Assembly: GCA_016198685.1 (NCBI GenBank)
Contig: JACQID010000006.1
Span: 1-64,000, forward strand
Direction: 5' to 3'
Length of the DNA stretch: 64,000 nucleotides
From: Candidatus Aenigmatarchaeota archaeon
GTDB lineage: Archaea > Aenigmatarchaeota > Aenigmatarchaeia > GW2011-AR5
The notes beneath the pieces were generated by a model. That model had not been told where the DNA came from, made no database searches, and worked only from the letters and a program-made list of their open reading frames with translations. This document shows positions 49,199-59,816 of this stretch, piece after piece. Position 1 is the stretch's first letter; each line of letters starts with the position of its first letter. Both the position numbers and the translations under genes were made by a program.

Positions 49199-49787
49199 CG
49201 GCCGAAGAAAGAACTGCTCTTAGGTCATCTATTTTGAGATTTGTCCCCCCTGTCTGCGATAACAAATTGGTCAGGGGATTCAAAACAGGCATACCCCATG
49301 TGAATTTGCTTGCAGGCGGTTCTGCCGTATCCATCGCATAATGATAACGAATTTCCTCCAGCCTTTGGGTATTGAGGCCTTCCAAAAGCCGTATATACCA
49401 ATCCAAATCACTTAGAATTATCCCGGCGTAACAGTTGCCGCGGAATTCTGGTTGAGCTGCGGGGTATAACTCCTGCTCCTTTGCCAATGCACAAATGGCT
49501 CCTTGGCGCGCTTTCTCACGGGCTTCAGAATTGCTTGATCGGGCAGAATTATAAAGAGCCAGCAATGCAGCTGTCCTGCAGATGTTCAGAGCGCCCATAT
49601 AGCCTTCATGGCCTGAGTGACGGAGCTGTTCAGCCATTAACGGCGCGGCTGCTATTATCTTCTGATAATTTCCATGTCGGTTGTAAAGAAGCCTGCCTTC
49701 TACAGCCGCCTCGGCAAGATCTATGTCCAAATGCTCAAGCCCGAGCGATTCGGCTACGTCCAGAATATACGGCTTGAAATATCCCAT
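49185..49787 (-). CDS. hypothetical protein
   Basis: 200-aa ORF in series. Confidence 0.55.
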   Translation of the reverse strand: MGYFKPYILDVAESLGLEHLDIDLAEAAVEGRLLYNRHGNYQKIIAAAPLMAEQLRHSGHEGYMGALNICRTAALLALYNSARSSNSEAREKARQGAICALAKEQELYPAAQPEFRGNCYAGIILSDLDWYIRLLEGLNTQRLEEIRYHYAMDTAEPPASKFTWGMPVLNPLTNLLSQTGGTNLKIDDLRAVLSSADESE

Positions 49788-49964
49788 AGTTGCACTTCAC
49801 ACAAAAGAATTAAACCGTATCAATTCAATGTTCGGCAGAAATAGGAGCAGCTATTATTTTCATGCGTAGTTCTAATTATAGTAACTCGATTTCCTTAACC
49901 CCAAAAATCGCATTCTTTTGGCAACACTTCGTTGAACAACGTCTAATAACGAGGCAAGAGTAAA

Positions 49965-51287
49965 TTATCCTTTTATCGCGTTCTCAACAACTTCTGTGAA
50001 GTCGTTTTTGAGCCTTTCAAATGCCCCTTCTTCCTTGGCTTCAACTGTGAGGCGGATCATAGGAGAAGTATTCGATGCGCGTATCAGAACCCATGCATCG
50101 CCAAAATCTATCCTGAGGCCGTCCATGGTGGTTATGTTATAGCCGGAAAACTCGTTTTTGAGTCGCTCGACAATTGCGAATTTTCTGTCGTCGGCACAAT
50201 CAAAGTTCACGCGGCCCGAAGGGTAACGCTGCACAGGTTTCACAATTTCTGAAAGAAGTGCATTGCTGCGCGAAAGCGCAACGGCGGCGTAGAGGCTTAC
50301 TGCCAGGGCATCATCAAAAGGCAGGAGAGGCGGAATGACGTAATGACCCGCACTCTCAGCGCCAAGACATGCTTTTCTTTCATTTGCATTCTCCACAAGA
50401 AACGTATGGCCCACAGGCTGGCGATGCACTTTACGGTTGAATGCAGCGGCCACATCGTCCATCGCCAAGGAACATTCAATATTCGCAACGATGTCCCCCG
50501 CGTGCTCGGAAGCAAGCCGGGATAATATGAGATATGAGGATTGCTCGGCTGTAAGTATGTTTCCCTTCTCATCAACGAGTATCATGCGGTCTGCATCGCC
50601 GTCATATGCTATTCCTATGTCTTTCTTTGCGTTTCTTAATTCAGTAAGGGGATCAATATTAGGCTCGGAATTTCGCTGGGGAATTTCGCGCATATCGCCG
50701 TAGATGGCATCGGCAGAAAATCCTGCTTTTTCAAAAAGCATTTTTGCTGCAACAGAAGCCATCCCGTTTCCGCAGTCAAGTGCAACCTTCATCGGTTTAG
50801 CTGCTTTCAGCTTTTCCGCAAGATAAGAAACATAATCATTTATTGCATCTTCAGAATTTTTCTTTTCCATCTTTCCATTGCCTTTTTCCATCGATTTCAA
50901 CGAAAAGAATTCATCACGTATTGCATAATTCTCCTTCTCAGAAAAACCTAGGCCGCTTTCATGGAAAAACTTAACTCCGGCCCATTCTTTCGGCAGATGC
51001 GAGGCCGTAATATATGCGAGAGGTAGGCCCTTCTTCCATGCATAAAACATCGCAACGCCCATCGGCACTAATCCGACGTCCTCAATGTCAAATCCTGCAC
51101 GCATTATGCCCGCAGAAAGTTTTTCTTTCATCAAAGAACTGGACGAGCGCATGTCCATGCCGACAATTATATTTTTTGCCGCATGCTTGGCAAGAACAAA
51201 GCCTATTTTTTCGGCGTCATCAGGAGTTAAATCCTTATTGAATATGCCCCTTATATCGTAGCTTCTGAAGGAATGAAAGGATGCCAT
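49965..51287 (-). CDS. phosphomannomutase/phosphoglucomutase
   Basis: FRSYDIRG, TASHLP, DGDADR, AESAGH, RASNTSP. Confidence 0.93.
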   Translation of the reverse strand: MASFHSFRSYDIRGIFNKDLTPDDAEKIGFVLAKHAAKNIIVGMDMRSSSSLMKEKLSAGIMRAGFDIEDVGLVPMGVAMFYAWKKGLPLAYITASHLPKEWAGVKFFHESGLGFSEKENYAIRDEFFSLKSMEKGNGKMEKKNSEDAINDYVSYLAEKLKAAKPMKVALDCGNGMASVAAKMLFEKAGFSADAIYGDMREIPQRNSEPNIDPLTELRNAKKDIGIAYDGDADRMILVDEKGNILTAEQSSYLILSRLASEHAGDIVANIECSLAMDDVAAAFNRKVHRQPVGHTFLVENANERKACLGAESAGHYVIPPLLPFDDALAVSLYAAVALSRSNALLSEIVKPVQRYPSGRVNFDCADDRKFAIVERLKNEFSGYNITTMDGLRIDFGDAWVLIRASNTSPMIRLTVEAKEEGAFERLKNDFTEVVENAIKG

Positions 51288-51531
51288 GTTATCTGTGGGA
51301 ATCTAATCCCAAGAATGATTTAAATATATGCGTCCCGCTATATCTTTATGAGATGCATAGTTGCTTCTAAGGACGCAACAGTCCTGTGGTTGTCCTATGC
51401 GATGTTTTTCCTGAAACTGAACCAGATATCTATCGTGCAGTAATCTGGGATGATTCTGTTTTTGCAGAGGACCTCGCGGTTCATGTAAATTACATATTAT
51501 GTTTTTTCCCATAAAAAGGAGGTTGAGAAAA

Positions 51532-51684
51532 ATGCAAGAATTGCCGTCGTGCTGCGGTAGGCCTATGGTTGCCAACCTGGAATTAGGCAGATTCCTTGAA
51601 GCAAAATGTGAAAAATGCGGCGACCTCGTTTATGTAAAACAAAGGTCGACTGAAGGCGGAAGACCCGTGCTGTTGGATGACTAG
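51532..51684 (+). CDS. small zinc-finger protein
   Basis: CCGRPM...CEKC. AGGAGG upstream of ATG 51532. Confidence 0.7.
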   Translation: MQELPSCCGRPMVANLELGRFLEAKCEKCGDLVYVKQRSTEGGRPVLLDD

Positions 51685-52895
51685 ACGAAATCTTCCTCTG
51701 TAAAGATTGTGATATTGCCCTTTGTCACCCGCTCCTTGTAGCCCGTTCCTACTATAACGGCTATCTTTCTCTGTATAGCCATATCAACGAGCGACTGGTT
51801 CACCTTTCCGTCAAACACTATCCCATATGCACGCTGGTATTCATCCAGCGCATTGGATAGCTCGCTTAGAGGGACCTTGGTCATGACCTGCATGCTCCTG
51901 TCAACAAGATAGGCTGCCCTTGTGCCTGTAAGTTCTTCAAGAAGTATCCTGAAGGCTTCCTTGTCCGGAGAAGAAGATGCTTCTTCTGCCTGCTCCTCAA
52001 CTTCAGAATCCTGAACAGGCGGCCTGGCCCTCTCAGAGACATTGCGGCTCATGCTTTCACGTTTAGCTTCTGCACGAGCCTGATCAACAGGCACTTTCTC
52101 GCGCAGCGCCTTGAAAATCTGCTTCTTCGTAAGCTCTTCAACTTCCTTGCCTTCCTCGGCGTGGGCGATATACTCTATCTCGGCAACTGTCATGAGCTTC
52201 TTGAGATCGAGTTCGCCACCTCTATCGCCATCGAGGAATGCTGTAGTTATCTTTTCCTTCGTGAGCTCGATCAGCGCGTCAGGAACCTTTGACCCTTCGC
52301 TTGCAACAACGTTCCTTATTCCGTTTTTAAGCAGATTTATGACGTCAGCACGGCCTTCGACGATTATTATCTCGTCAGATGTCATAATATCCGGTCCGCA
52401 GCTGAGCCCTTTGTATGTCGTGATTTCTGCCGTGCGCACTGACTCCTTTATGCTCTCGGATAATGTCTGGGAATCAGGCACGCCGGCTTCCATCATGGCC
52501 GCAAGTATGCTCTTTGCCCTGTCTATAACGTATTTTCTCTTCTGGCTTCGTACATCCTCAACGTTGCTGACCTCAATTGTAGCATCGCAAGGGCCTACTT
52601 TTTCAATCGTTTCGAGAGATGCTGCTATCAAGCTTGTTTCTGCAGCATCAAGGCTCGAAGGTATGATTATATCAGCAAACGCCCGGCCTTTATTGCTCTT
52701 GACGTCGACTTCTATGCGTCCTATCCTTCCGGTACGCTGAAGCTCGCGCAGATCAAGGTCGCTGCCCAAGAGCCCTTCGGTCTGGCCGAAGACGGCACCT
52801 ATGACGTCCGGCCTTTCGACTAGTCCCTTTGCCTGCATCTTTGCATGAATGAGATACTTCGCGAAATTTTGAGCCAATTTGGCCATATATACCAC
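51681..52895 (-). CDS. dnaG: archaeal DnaG (primase-like, exosome-associated)
   Basis: VGAVFGQTEGLLG pattern (IGAVFGQTEGLLG), TOPRIM VEGRADV, DGDRGGE. Confidence 0.95.
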   Translation of the reverse strand: MVYMAKLAQNFAKYLIHAKMQAKGLVERPDVIGAVFGQTEGLLGSDLDLRELQRTGRIGRIEVDVKSNKGRAFADIIIPSSLDAAETSLIAASLETIEKVGPCDATIEVSNVEDVRSQKRKYVIDRAKSILAAMMEAGVPDSQTLSESIKESVRTAEITTYKGLSCGPDIMTSDEIIIVEGRADVINLLKNGIRNVVASEGSKVPDALIELTKEKITTAFLDGDRGGELDLKKLMTVAEIEYIAHAEEGKEVEELTKKQIFKALREKVPVDQARAEAKRESMSRNVSERARPPVQDSEVEEQAEEASSSPDKEAFRILLEELTGTRAAYLVDRSMQVMTKVPLSELSNALDEYQRAYGIVFDGKVNQSLVDMAIQRKIAVIVGTGYKERVTKGNITIFTEEDFV

Positions 52896-53050
52896 CTCTT
52901 TTTTAAGTGGCAGAACTAGGCATCACTTGCTTGGCTCTGTAACTCCATTACAAGCCGTGAATTATGATTATACATGCTACCTATCTGCCCGGATAGGCAT
53001 AAGCGCCATATCCTAAATATTGTATCAGAAGTAACGGATTTAAAGACCCT

Positions 53051-53251
53051 TCAGGGCACAAGTTCCAGTGTCTTTTTCCTCGAGGAAGCGCCGCGCAATA
53101 TACGAACCGACGAGTATTCACGCGAAAGCTCTTTGATAATTTGCCTGTTGGCACGGTTATTTTCCATGGGTTCGGTGACATGGATAATCCAAGTTTCGCC
53201 TCTGGTGACATTAAATTCATCGGCTTCTTTAACAACGCAATTAATTATCAC
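53051..53251 (-). CDS. DUF167/YggU family protein
   Basis: IHVTEPMENNRANRQIIKEL...VRILRGASSRKK. Confidence 0.75.
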   Translation of the reverse strand: MIINCVVKEADEFNVTRGETWIIHVTEPMENNRANRQIIKELSREYSSVRILRGASSRKKTLELVP

Positions 53252-53322
53252 GCAAATACGTCATCTTTCCCGGCTTAATGCCTTTTTAAAACACTTAAAT
53301 AGCTACTGAAAAGTAAAAAATT

Positions 53323-54060
53323 ATGAAAATGCATGACCTCCACGATTACGGCATGAGCGAGTTTCTCCAAAACCATAAGGGCTACTACAGGAAAGACCTC
53401 AATGCGCAAGGCGATGTTGATGTGCTCACGCTCTCTCCTAAAAAACCGGGTCGGGAGGACAGGGATAACATAGCTATATACGTGGCATACCAGAACGGGA
53501 ATATCGTATGCACCAAGTCTGAGTTTCCTTCTGAAAAGCCTGAGATAATAAGGCTTGCAATGCCATCTGACCGCGGCTTGACGCTCGTGAGGCTCGATCT
53601 GACAGAACCGTATCTATCCGCCAGGATACCGGGAAAGCAACCTGCGCAGTTCCTTGATATGATACGTTTTTCGGAAAACCAGACGCTAGGCGATATAGAT
53701 GCGCTCTACACTCCTGACAGCGTTATGCTGCGAACTCGCCTTGTGAATGGCAAAACGATATCGATCACCCCTAAGGGCGTTGAATGCTTAACATCCGACG
53801 GATGGAGAAAAATAGGCTATCCTGAATGGGAATTGAACGGCCTACAATACGAGTTCGGCGCTGACAAACAGAACGGCCGAAAAGTTCCGTTCATGAGAAC
53901 CCGAAACCGGAATGATATAACCACAGTAAGAGCATCAGGCGAAGACTATGCGCTTCTTGCAATCCATACGATTCAAGGAAACAAATGGCATGAGCTTAAC
54001 CCTTCTCCGCTTATCGAATATTCCGCTCCCTTTGCGCATCCAATGGGATCGTACTTATGA
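53323..54060 (+). CDS. hypothetical protein
   Basis: 245-aa ORF. Confidence 0.55.
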   Translation: MKMHDLHDYGMSEFLQNHKGYYRKDLNAQGDVDVLTLSPKKPGREDRDNIAIYVAYQNGNIVCTKSEFPSEKPEIIRLAMPSDRGLTLVRLDLTEPYLSARIPGKQPAQFLDMIRFSENQTLGDIDALYTPDSVMLRTRLVNGKTISITPKGVECLTSDGWRKIGYPEWELNGLQYEFGADKQNGRKVPFMRTRNRNDITTVRASGEDYALLAIHTIQGNKWHELNPSPLIEYSAPFAHPMGSYL

Positions 54061-54112
54061 TTGACTATGACTTTTCGCATACTCTGAAATGCTTCCGCCG
54101 CAACAATAAATC

Positions 54113-54180
54113 AACCCGCCAGTAACACCTCATTTCATCCTTCGCCGAAGCGACGTCTAGAGGCTGAGGGCTGGCGGGTT
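54113..54180 (-). ncRNA. candidate structured RNA hairpin with cUUCGg loop
   Basis: AACCCGCCAG/CTGGCGGGTT, CCTCA/TGAGG and TCGC-TTCG-GCGA helices on the minus strand. Confidence 0.4.
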
Positions 54181-54204
54181 ATAGCTATAATCAGAAGCAA
54201 AGCG

Positions 54205-54657
54205 TTAAATCTCTTTCAGTGTGAACTCCTGCTTCAGAAATTCCCGAAGCTTTACCATCGCCGAATCGACCGAATGTTCTGCTATGTCTTTGACGCGCGG
54301 GCGCATATGAGACAGGTAGAAGGCAATATAACTATCGTAAGCCGGACCTGTCGTATCCGGAAACTCCAATTCCAGTTTCGCTTCAAGACGTATTTTCATC
54401 GTAGGCTGCTGCATGATTCTTGAGATGCCCTCGGCACTGAAATGAAGCCGCAAGGATGCGTTCTTGTCGAGTTTTTCTGTGACGATTATCTTGGCGATTG
54501 TGCGTTTTTCCGGTCCGTCCGTCTGATATATATTTTCCTCTTCTTCGGCGCTGCCGAGGGAGAACACGAATTCCGTAAAATTTGCAGTAGAGCCGTATAT
54601 GTCTGCAGCCTGGAAATCCTTTTCCCACTCGTGCAGGTCCTCTACGACCCGTTCCAT
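54205..54657 (-). CDS. hypothetical protein
   Basis: 150-aa ORF. Confidence 0.6.
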   Translation of the reverse strand: MERVVEDLHEWEKDFQAADIYGSTANFTEFVFSLGSAEEEENIYQTDGPEKRTIAKIIVTEKLDKNASLRLHFSAEGISRIMQQPTMKIRLEAKLELEFPDTTGPAYDSYIAFYLSHMRPRVKDIAEHSVDSAMVKLREFLKQEFTLKEI

Positions 54658-54695
54658 AGGATAATCTTATTTAGCCCGCTATAAATAAGTAGGGT

Positions 54696-55067
54696 ATGCG
54701 AAACTACGCCAAAGGCTACAGGGCAGAACGCGACATGGTCCATGAGCTCGCCCGCAGAGGCTTTGTGGCCATACGCGCGCCGCACTCGGGAAGCATAGGC
54801 TTAGCCTCGCCTGATGTCATAGCCGCCAAGAACGGGAAACTGATAGTCCTTGAATGCAAATCGCGCGAAGAAGCGTTCACTGTTCCGCCTGAACAGCTCG
54901 AGGAATTAAAGAAATGGCAGGAAGTTGCGCCTGCGCACGCCTATATCGCATGGAAATTGAACAGGAAAGGCTGGACATTCCTGCGCCTTGACGATGTTGC
55001 GGCCAATGCCGGCCATATAGGCAAGAAATTTGCCGAAGAGAAGGGCATAACCATCGAAGATATCTGA
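54696..55067 (+). CDS. hjc: Holliday junction resolvase
   Basis: KG..AER.....L...GF..IRAP.SG....PDVIA.KNG....LECKS. Confidence 0.92.
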   Translation: MRNYAKGYRAERDMVHELARRGFVAIRAPHSGSIGLASPDVIAAKNGKLIVLECKSREEAFTVPPEQLEELKKWQEVAPAHAYIAWKLNRKGWTFLRLDDVAANAGHIGKKFAEEKGITIEDI

Positions 55068-55125
55068 TTTTTATAGTTTTCCGGCCTTGCCAAGGCTTAA
55101 ATATCCCAATCCAGAAGTGATTGCA

Positions 55126-56445
55126 ATGGGATCCGATATCTCTGGCTTCTACTCCCTTTCAGTTGAGGAAAGAATCCGGCTCGTAAAAAAGCATGCGGGA
55201 CTCTCTGCAGCAGAAGCAGCCCTGCTCAGGAGGAGCGGAGCTCTTGACATCAGGAAGGCCGACATGATGGTAGAGAATGTTATAGGCACGACGCAAGTTC
55301 CGATGGGCCTTGCAACTAATTTTTTAATTAACGGCAAGGACTATCTCATTCCTATGGCGATAGAGGAGCCGTCTGTAGTTGCGGCGGCGTCGTATGCAGC
55401 GAAGCTCGCAAGAAAGGGCGGCGGTTTCATATCCAGCGCCGACCCCCCTGTCATGATAGGCCAGCTGCAGCTTGTTTCGGACAAGGCAAGCATCTTATAC
55501 AAGGCAAAGGAAAGGATACTGCGCGCCAAGCATGAAATAATAGCCATGGCCAATGGCAATGACTCGATAATGCTGAAACTAGGTGGAGGCGCAAAGGACA
55601 TTACTGCTGAGATAATAGGAACAAAGCGCGGCAGGATGCTCATAGTCAAATTGCATGTCGACGTCAGGGATGCGATGGGCGCAAATGCCGTCAATACCAT
55701 GCTTGAGACGATAACGCCTCATATACTTGAGATGACCGGAACCGAATCCCGGCTAAGAATAATATCCAATCTTTCAACCGGCAGAGTAGCCCGCGCAAAG
55801 GCTGTATGGCCAAAGGAAGTTCTTGGCGAAGATATCATTGAAGGAATACTCGACGCTTATGCTTTTGCTGAAGCGGATAAGCACAGGTGCACAACCCACA
55901 ACAAAGGCATAATGAACGGCATGGATTCTGTGGCTATTGCAACCGGCAATGATTTTCGCGCCCTTGAAGCAGGGGCGCATGCGTATTCTGCGCTCAAAGG
56001 ATTCAAGCCTTTGACAAAATACGAGAAAGCTAAGAATGGCGACCTAATAGGAACTATAGAAGTGCCGGTAGCCGTAGGCCTTGTCGGAGGCGCAACAAAG
56101 ACTCATCCGATTGCACAGATTTCACTTAAGATACTCAACGTCAAAACCGCGCAGGAACTCGCTGAAGTCATTGCAGCGGTAGGCCTCGCCCAAAACTTTG
56201 CTGCGCTGCGCGCCATGATTGCAGAAGGCATACAGAGGGGGCACATGAAGCTGCATGCAAAGAATATAGCCGTGATGGCAGGGGCTAAGGGGCGGCTGAT
56301 TGATCGCGTTGCCAAGGCTATTATCAAGCAGCAACAGATATCGGTAACCGCGGCAAAGGAAATCATTGCAAAACTCAAGCGCCGCGGGAGAAAAGATGTT
56401 CAAAGTGATTCCCAAAGCCAAGGAAAGCCTGGCAATAAAAAATAA
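55126..56445 (+). CDS. mvaA: HMG-CoA reductase, class II
   Basis: SGFYSLS.EER, ENVIG, EEPSVVAAAS, DAMGAN, THNKGIMNG, GIQRGHMKLHA. Confidence 0.95.
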   Translation: MGSDISGFYSLSVEERIRLVKKHAGLSAAEAALLRRSGALDIRKADMMVENVIGTTQVPMGLATNFLINGKDYLIPMAIEEPSVVAAASYAAKLARKGGGFISSADPPVMIGQLQLVSDKASILYKAKERILRAKHEIIAMANGNDSIMLKLGGGAKDITAEIIGTKRGRMLIVKLHVDVRDAMGANAVNTMLETITPHILEMTGTESRLRIISNLSTGRVARAKAVWPKEVLGEDIIEGILDAYAFAEADKHRCTTHNKGIMNGMDSVAIATGNDFRALEAGAHAYSALKGFKPLTKYEKAKNGDLIGTIEVPVAVGLVGGATKTHPIAQISLKILNVKTAQELAEVIAAVGLAQNFAALRAMIAEGIQRGHMKLHAKNIAVMAGAKGRLIDRVAKAIIKQQQISVTAAKEIIAKLKRRGRKDVQSDSQSQGKPGNKK

Positions 56446-56508
56446 CTAATCCTTCACATGCCATGCATGGCTCATTGTTTTCGAGGGTCTGGATTTTTCA
56501 AGATCCTC

Positions 56509-57147
56509 CTATTCAATTACGCGCCTGTCGCAGATCGAATTGAAGCGGCACGGCCTGCATTTGAACGCCTTGTCTGTAGAGATGAAATCTATTTCTTTTC
56601 TCGCAAGCTTTTTGACCCTCTCGATTATTTCAATGATGTTTGATTTTACGCCGTCTGTGAATTCCTCCATCCATAAAGCTTCGCCTGTGTTGCGGTCGCG
56701 AACTGCGGAGATGACAGGCTTCGCAGGCGAATATTCGGAGACGAACGCAAGTGCATAGGCGCGCGCCTGATTCATCGATGAAGGATAAACTTTCCCTGGA
56801 GGTTTGTCATCAATTATGAATATCATGTTTTCCGCAAATTGTATTTCGTCTATCTTCCCATAGATAAAATGATGGCCTGATTTTATTCGCAATTCGCGGC
56901 CCGATCCTTTAATTCCAAGACGCAATGCTTCTTCGACGCTCATCTTTGGGGCATCTTTCATGCGTTCCGCGTGCTCGGTCTCAAGCTCAGCGTGTCGTAT
57001 CGTGCCTGCAAGCATCGCTTCGCTCTTCGGGTTTATTCCCTGCCATGAAAATTTGAGCTGATATTCGCAGTATGCCTGGGTGTGTATATCCGAGATCTTT
57101 ATCCAAACGTTGCCGTCCGAATCCCAGTGCATAGAATCGCTTGCCAA
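56509..57147 (-). CDS. Cas4-like PD-(D/E)XK exonuclease (solo)
   Basis: YCE, G...H, GKIDEI...IIDDK, Q...YAL, CRPCRFNSIC Fe-S cysteines. Confidence 0.8.
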   Translation of the reverse strand: MASDSMHWDSDGNVWIKISDIHTQAYCEYQLKFSWQGINPKSEAMLAGTIRHAELETEHAERMKDAPKMSVEEALRLGIKGSGRELRIKSGHHFIYGKIDEIQFAENMIFIIDDKPPGKVYPSSMNQARAYALAFVSEYSPAKPVISAVRDRNTGEALWMEEFTDGVKSNIIEIIERVKKLARKEIDFISTDKAFKCRPCRFNSICDRRVIE

Positions 57148-57269
57148 AAGAACACTTAAAGAATCACCGAGCGGAAGGAAAGTGAATGATCATGAAAAAG
57201 TATGAACATTTGCTATGAACTTTTTCAGAAGAGTGGCTTAAATCATGCGAAAGTGAAGGCGCTTTAGAG

Positions 57270-58385
57270 GTGGTTCGCGTGATCGTAGGAACCGTTAAGG
57301 AAATAAAGATAGGCGAGAATCGCGTGGGGCTCACGCCCATAGGCGCGAATGCACTCGTCAAAGACGGGCATACCGTGCTCATAGAGCATGGGGCGGGCAT
57401 TAATTCCGGTTTTGCGGATGATGAATATGAGAAGCAAGGCGCAAAAATAATCGGAACTGCCAAGGAAGTCTGGGACAAAAGCGAGACTGTGGTTAAAGTA
57501 AAGGAACCTCAGAAATCCGAATTTCCTATGATGAAAGAAGGCCAAGTGCTCTATACATATTTGCACTTGGCAGCAGAACTGGAAGTGACCAAAGCACTTC
57601 TCGAAAGAAAAGTGACTTCAATAGCTTACGAGACCGTGGAGCTTGCCGACGGCACCTTGCCGTTGCTTGCGCCGATGAGCGAAGTTGCGGGCAGAATGGC
57701 AGTCCAGGTGGGCATGCACTATCTTGAGAAAACGCATGGAGGCTCCGGCCGTCTTCTTTCAGGCGTTCCTGGAGTTCTGCCGGGCAAGGTAGTTGTTCTG
57801 GGAACCGGGATTGTAGGCATCAATGCCGCAAAGATTGCGATGGGCGCAGGAGCACGCGTGACGATAATAGGAAGAAATGCTGCGCAATTGCGTTACATCG
57901 ACGATGTATTCGGAGGAAAAATCCGAACACTCTTCTCAAACCCTTATAACATAGAACGCGCAGTTGAAAAGGCGGACCTGCTTGTAGGTGGGGTGCTTAT
58001 CACAGGACTCAAGGCACCCAAGCTCGTCACGCGGGAGATGGTCGGGAAAATGAAGATGGGCTCTGTAATCGTGGATGTGGCCATAGATCAGGGAGGGTGC
58101 ATGGAAACTTCAAGGCCCACCAGCCATGCAAATCCCGTGTATGTTGAAGAGGGCGTCATTCATTACTGCGTGACCAATATGCCAGGCGCAGTGCCGCATA
58201 CTTCAACTCTTGCGTTGACCAGCACTACGTTGCCATATCTGCTTAAGCTGGCAAAGCATGGCACTGAATCCGCTGCTCGCAATGATGAAGCGCTTTTCAA
58301 GGGAATAAACACGCATAAAGGCAGGCTCACGAACAAGGAAGTCGCCGATTCTCTTGGAATAGAATACCAGAAAATGACATTCTAA
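57270..58385 (+). CDS. ald: alanine dehydrogenase (bacterial type)
   Basis: KEIKIGENRVGLTP, KVKEP, YLHLAA, MSEVAGR, DVAIDQGGC, CVTNMPG. Confidence 0.95.
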   Translation: MVRVIVGTVKEIKIGENRVGLTPIGANALVKDGHTVLIEHGAGINSGFADDEYEKQGAKIIGTAKEVWDKSETVVKVKEPQKSEFPMMKEGQVLYTYLHLAAELEVTKALLERKVTSIAYETVELADGTLPLLAPMSEVAGRMAVQVGMHYLEKTHGGSGRLLSGVPGVLPGKVVVLGTGIVGINAAKIAMGAGARVTIIGRNAAQLRYIDDVFGGKIRTLFSNPYNIERAVEKADLLVGGVLITGLKAPKLVTREMVGKMKMGSVIVDVAIDQGGCMETSRPTSHANPVYVEEGVIHYCVTNMPGAVPHTSTLALTSTTLPYLLKLAKHGTESAARNDEALFKGINTHKGRLTNKEVADSLGIEYQKMTF

Positions 58386-58466
58386 TATTTATTTTATATT
58401 TTTCCTTATATTTTTTTAAAAATATATATTACAAGCTTTAATTACTATCTTCCCATATGAATATTC

Positions 58467-58730
58467 ATGGAGGTCTTCCTTGCCGGCTTCATGGGCGGCG
58501 TAATCAGGGGACTTGTAGGCATGACAAAATATCTTACAAATTCGCCGTCAAAGAAAAGGAAACTTTGGGACGGCTATATTTTCCTTACATTGCTTTCTTC
58601 CGGCGGCATGGGGGTGCTTGCCGGAGTATTCATCGCAGAAGACCCGCGATTCGCACTTTTGGCAGGATACGCAGGAACGGATTTTGTTGAGAGCCTGTTC
58701 AAAATAAAAATGAAGCAGTATTCGTGGTAA
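58467..58730 (+). CDS. small membrane protein
   Basis: Hydrophobic helices. GG..RG..G and AGYAG motifs. Confidence 0.65.
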   Translation: MEVFLAGFMGGVIRGLVGMTKYLTNSPSKKRKLWDGYIFLTLLSSGGMGVLAGVFIAEDPRFALLAGYAGTDFVESLFKIKMKQYSW

Positions 58731-58733
58731 GCC

Positions 58734-59120
58734 ATGCGCATACTCGTTCTTCTTGCGATATCGACATCATTCGGATTCGTCGCTGAAGCGCACGGCAGCT
58801 GCGGGGAATTCCTGATCATAATCACGGGAAATGAAACTGGGTGCTGGGACGCCAAAGTTGATGCGCCCGGCGTAATTTTAGACGAAGAATGGAAAAGTTC
58901 CTTCTTCTATGCGAAGGACGCATATTGCAACGGATTTGGCGCAGTCCGGTTCAGGGCAGCCATGGATGCGGATGTGACTGTGAAAATACGCCAGAAAACA
59001 ACAATAATTGAAGCGCCCATTGTGATACAGCAGTACTGTAATTCCCAAACGCCTGATTTTTTCATCGTGATTATTCTTGCGTCGGCATTATTTGCGGGAA
59101 TCATGGCCGTGAAGACCTGA
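58734..59120 (+). CDS. exported protein with C-terminal TM anchor
   Basis: N-terminal signal and C-terminal hydrophobic helix. Confidence 0.5.
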   Translation: MRILVLLAISTSFGFVAEAHGSCGEFLIIITGNETGCWDAKVDAPGVILDEEWKSSFFYAKDAYCNGFGAVRFRAAMDADVTVKIRQKTTIIEAPIVIQQYCNSQTPDFFIVIILASALFAGIMAVKT

Positions 59121-59681
59121 TGCCCTCCGCGCGTCTCTGATCAATGACGCAAATTGTAAATCTGTTATGGGATCCGTTTCGCCCGCATTTATTTCAGGCA
59201 ACTTGATGTCATAAGACTTGAGGCACTGCAGCAGCACAGCCGGGTGGTGCGCTGATTCTGTGGCCGTGTTCTCGAAAAGGTCGAGTTCGTCCACCGGCGC
59301 TGTGCGCCTTTTTTTGGCTTCTTCGAGTATTTCTAGCGCTTCCACAGGGCCTATCGCGGCATGCGTGTACGGCAGCGTCCATGTCTTGATTCCTGCTATG
59401 TACGGCGTGCCTCCCATGTCCTGCACATAATAGATCACATCTTTCGCGCCTTCATAGCTGTCTGCACAGAGCAGGCGCCTGTTCGCAAGATCGTATATGA
59501 TCCTGCCGCCGTCTGCAAGAATATATCCCTTGCTGTCGTATCTTGCAGACGCACGCTGCACAAGCAGATCCAGAGGATTGTAAACGGCGAGTTCGCAGAT
59601 AGGTCCGTTGGTTTCAATACTTGCCCAGCATGCCTCGCTTTCGGGATTGGGGGGAATAACGTATAGTTCCGGCATGCCCAA
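59088..59681 (-). CDS. orphan protein, paralog of 59817..60248
   Basis: G..IIY......LL.ADS, LEILE and AGETDP shared. Confidence 0.55.
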   Translation of the reverse strand: MGMPELYVIPPNPESEACWASIETNGPICELAVYNPLDLLVQRASARYDSKGYILADGGRIIYDLANRRLLCADSYEGAKDVIYYVQDMGGTPYIAGIKTWTLPYTHAAIGPVEALEILEEAKKRRTAPVDELDLFENTATESAHHPAVLLQCLKSYDIKLPEINAGETDPITDLQFASLIRDARRASGLHGHDSRK

Positions 59682-59816
59682 TATAATATGGAAAAGTTTT
59701 AATTCGCTATGCGTCTCCTCTTGTTAGCGCTTCTTGCTGTCATGCCATACTCCTTTAACATATCTTCGCGGGCGTTACTGTTTTCAGAATCTGCCATCCT
59801 CATTCCAGGAACGAGG

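Noticed and set aside
52974-53309. 111-aa and 84-aa overlapping ORFs
   Set aside because: The 66-aa frame 53051..53251 carries the DUF167 motif.
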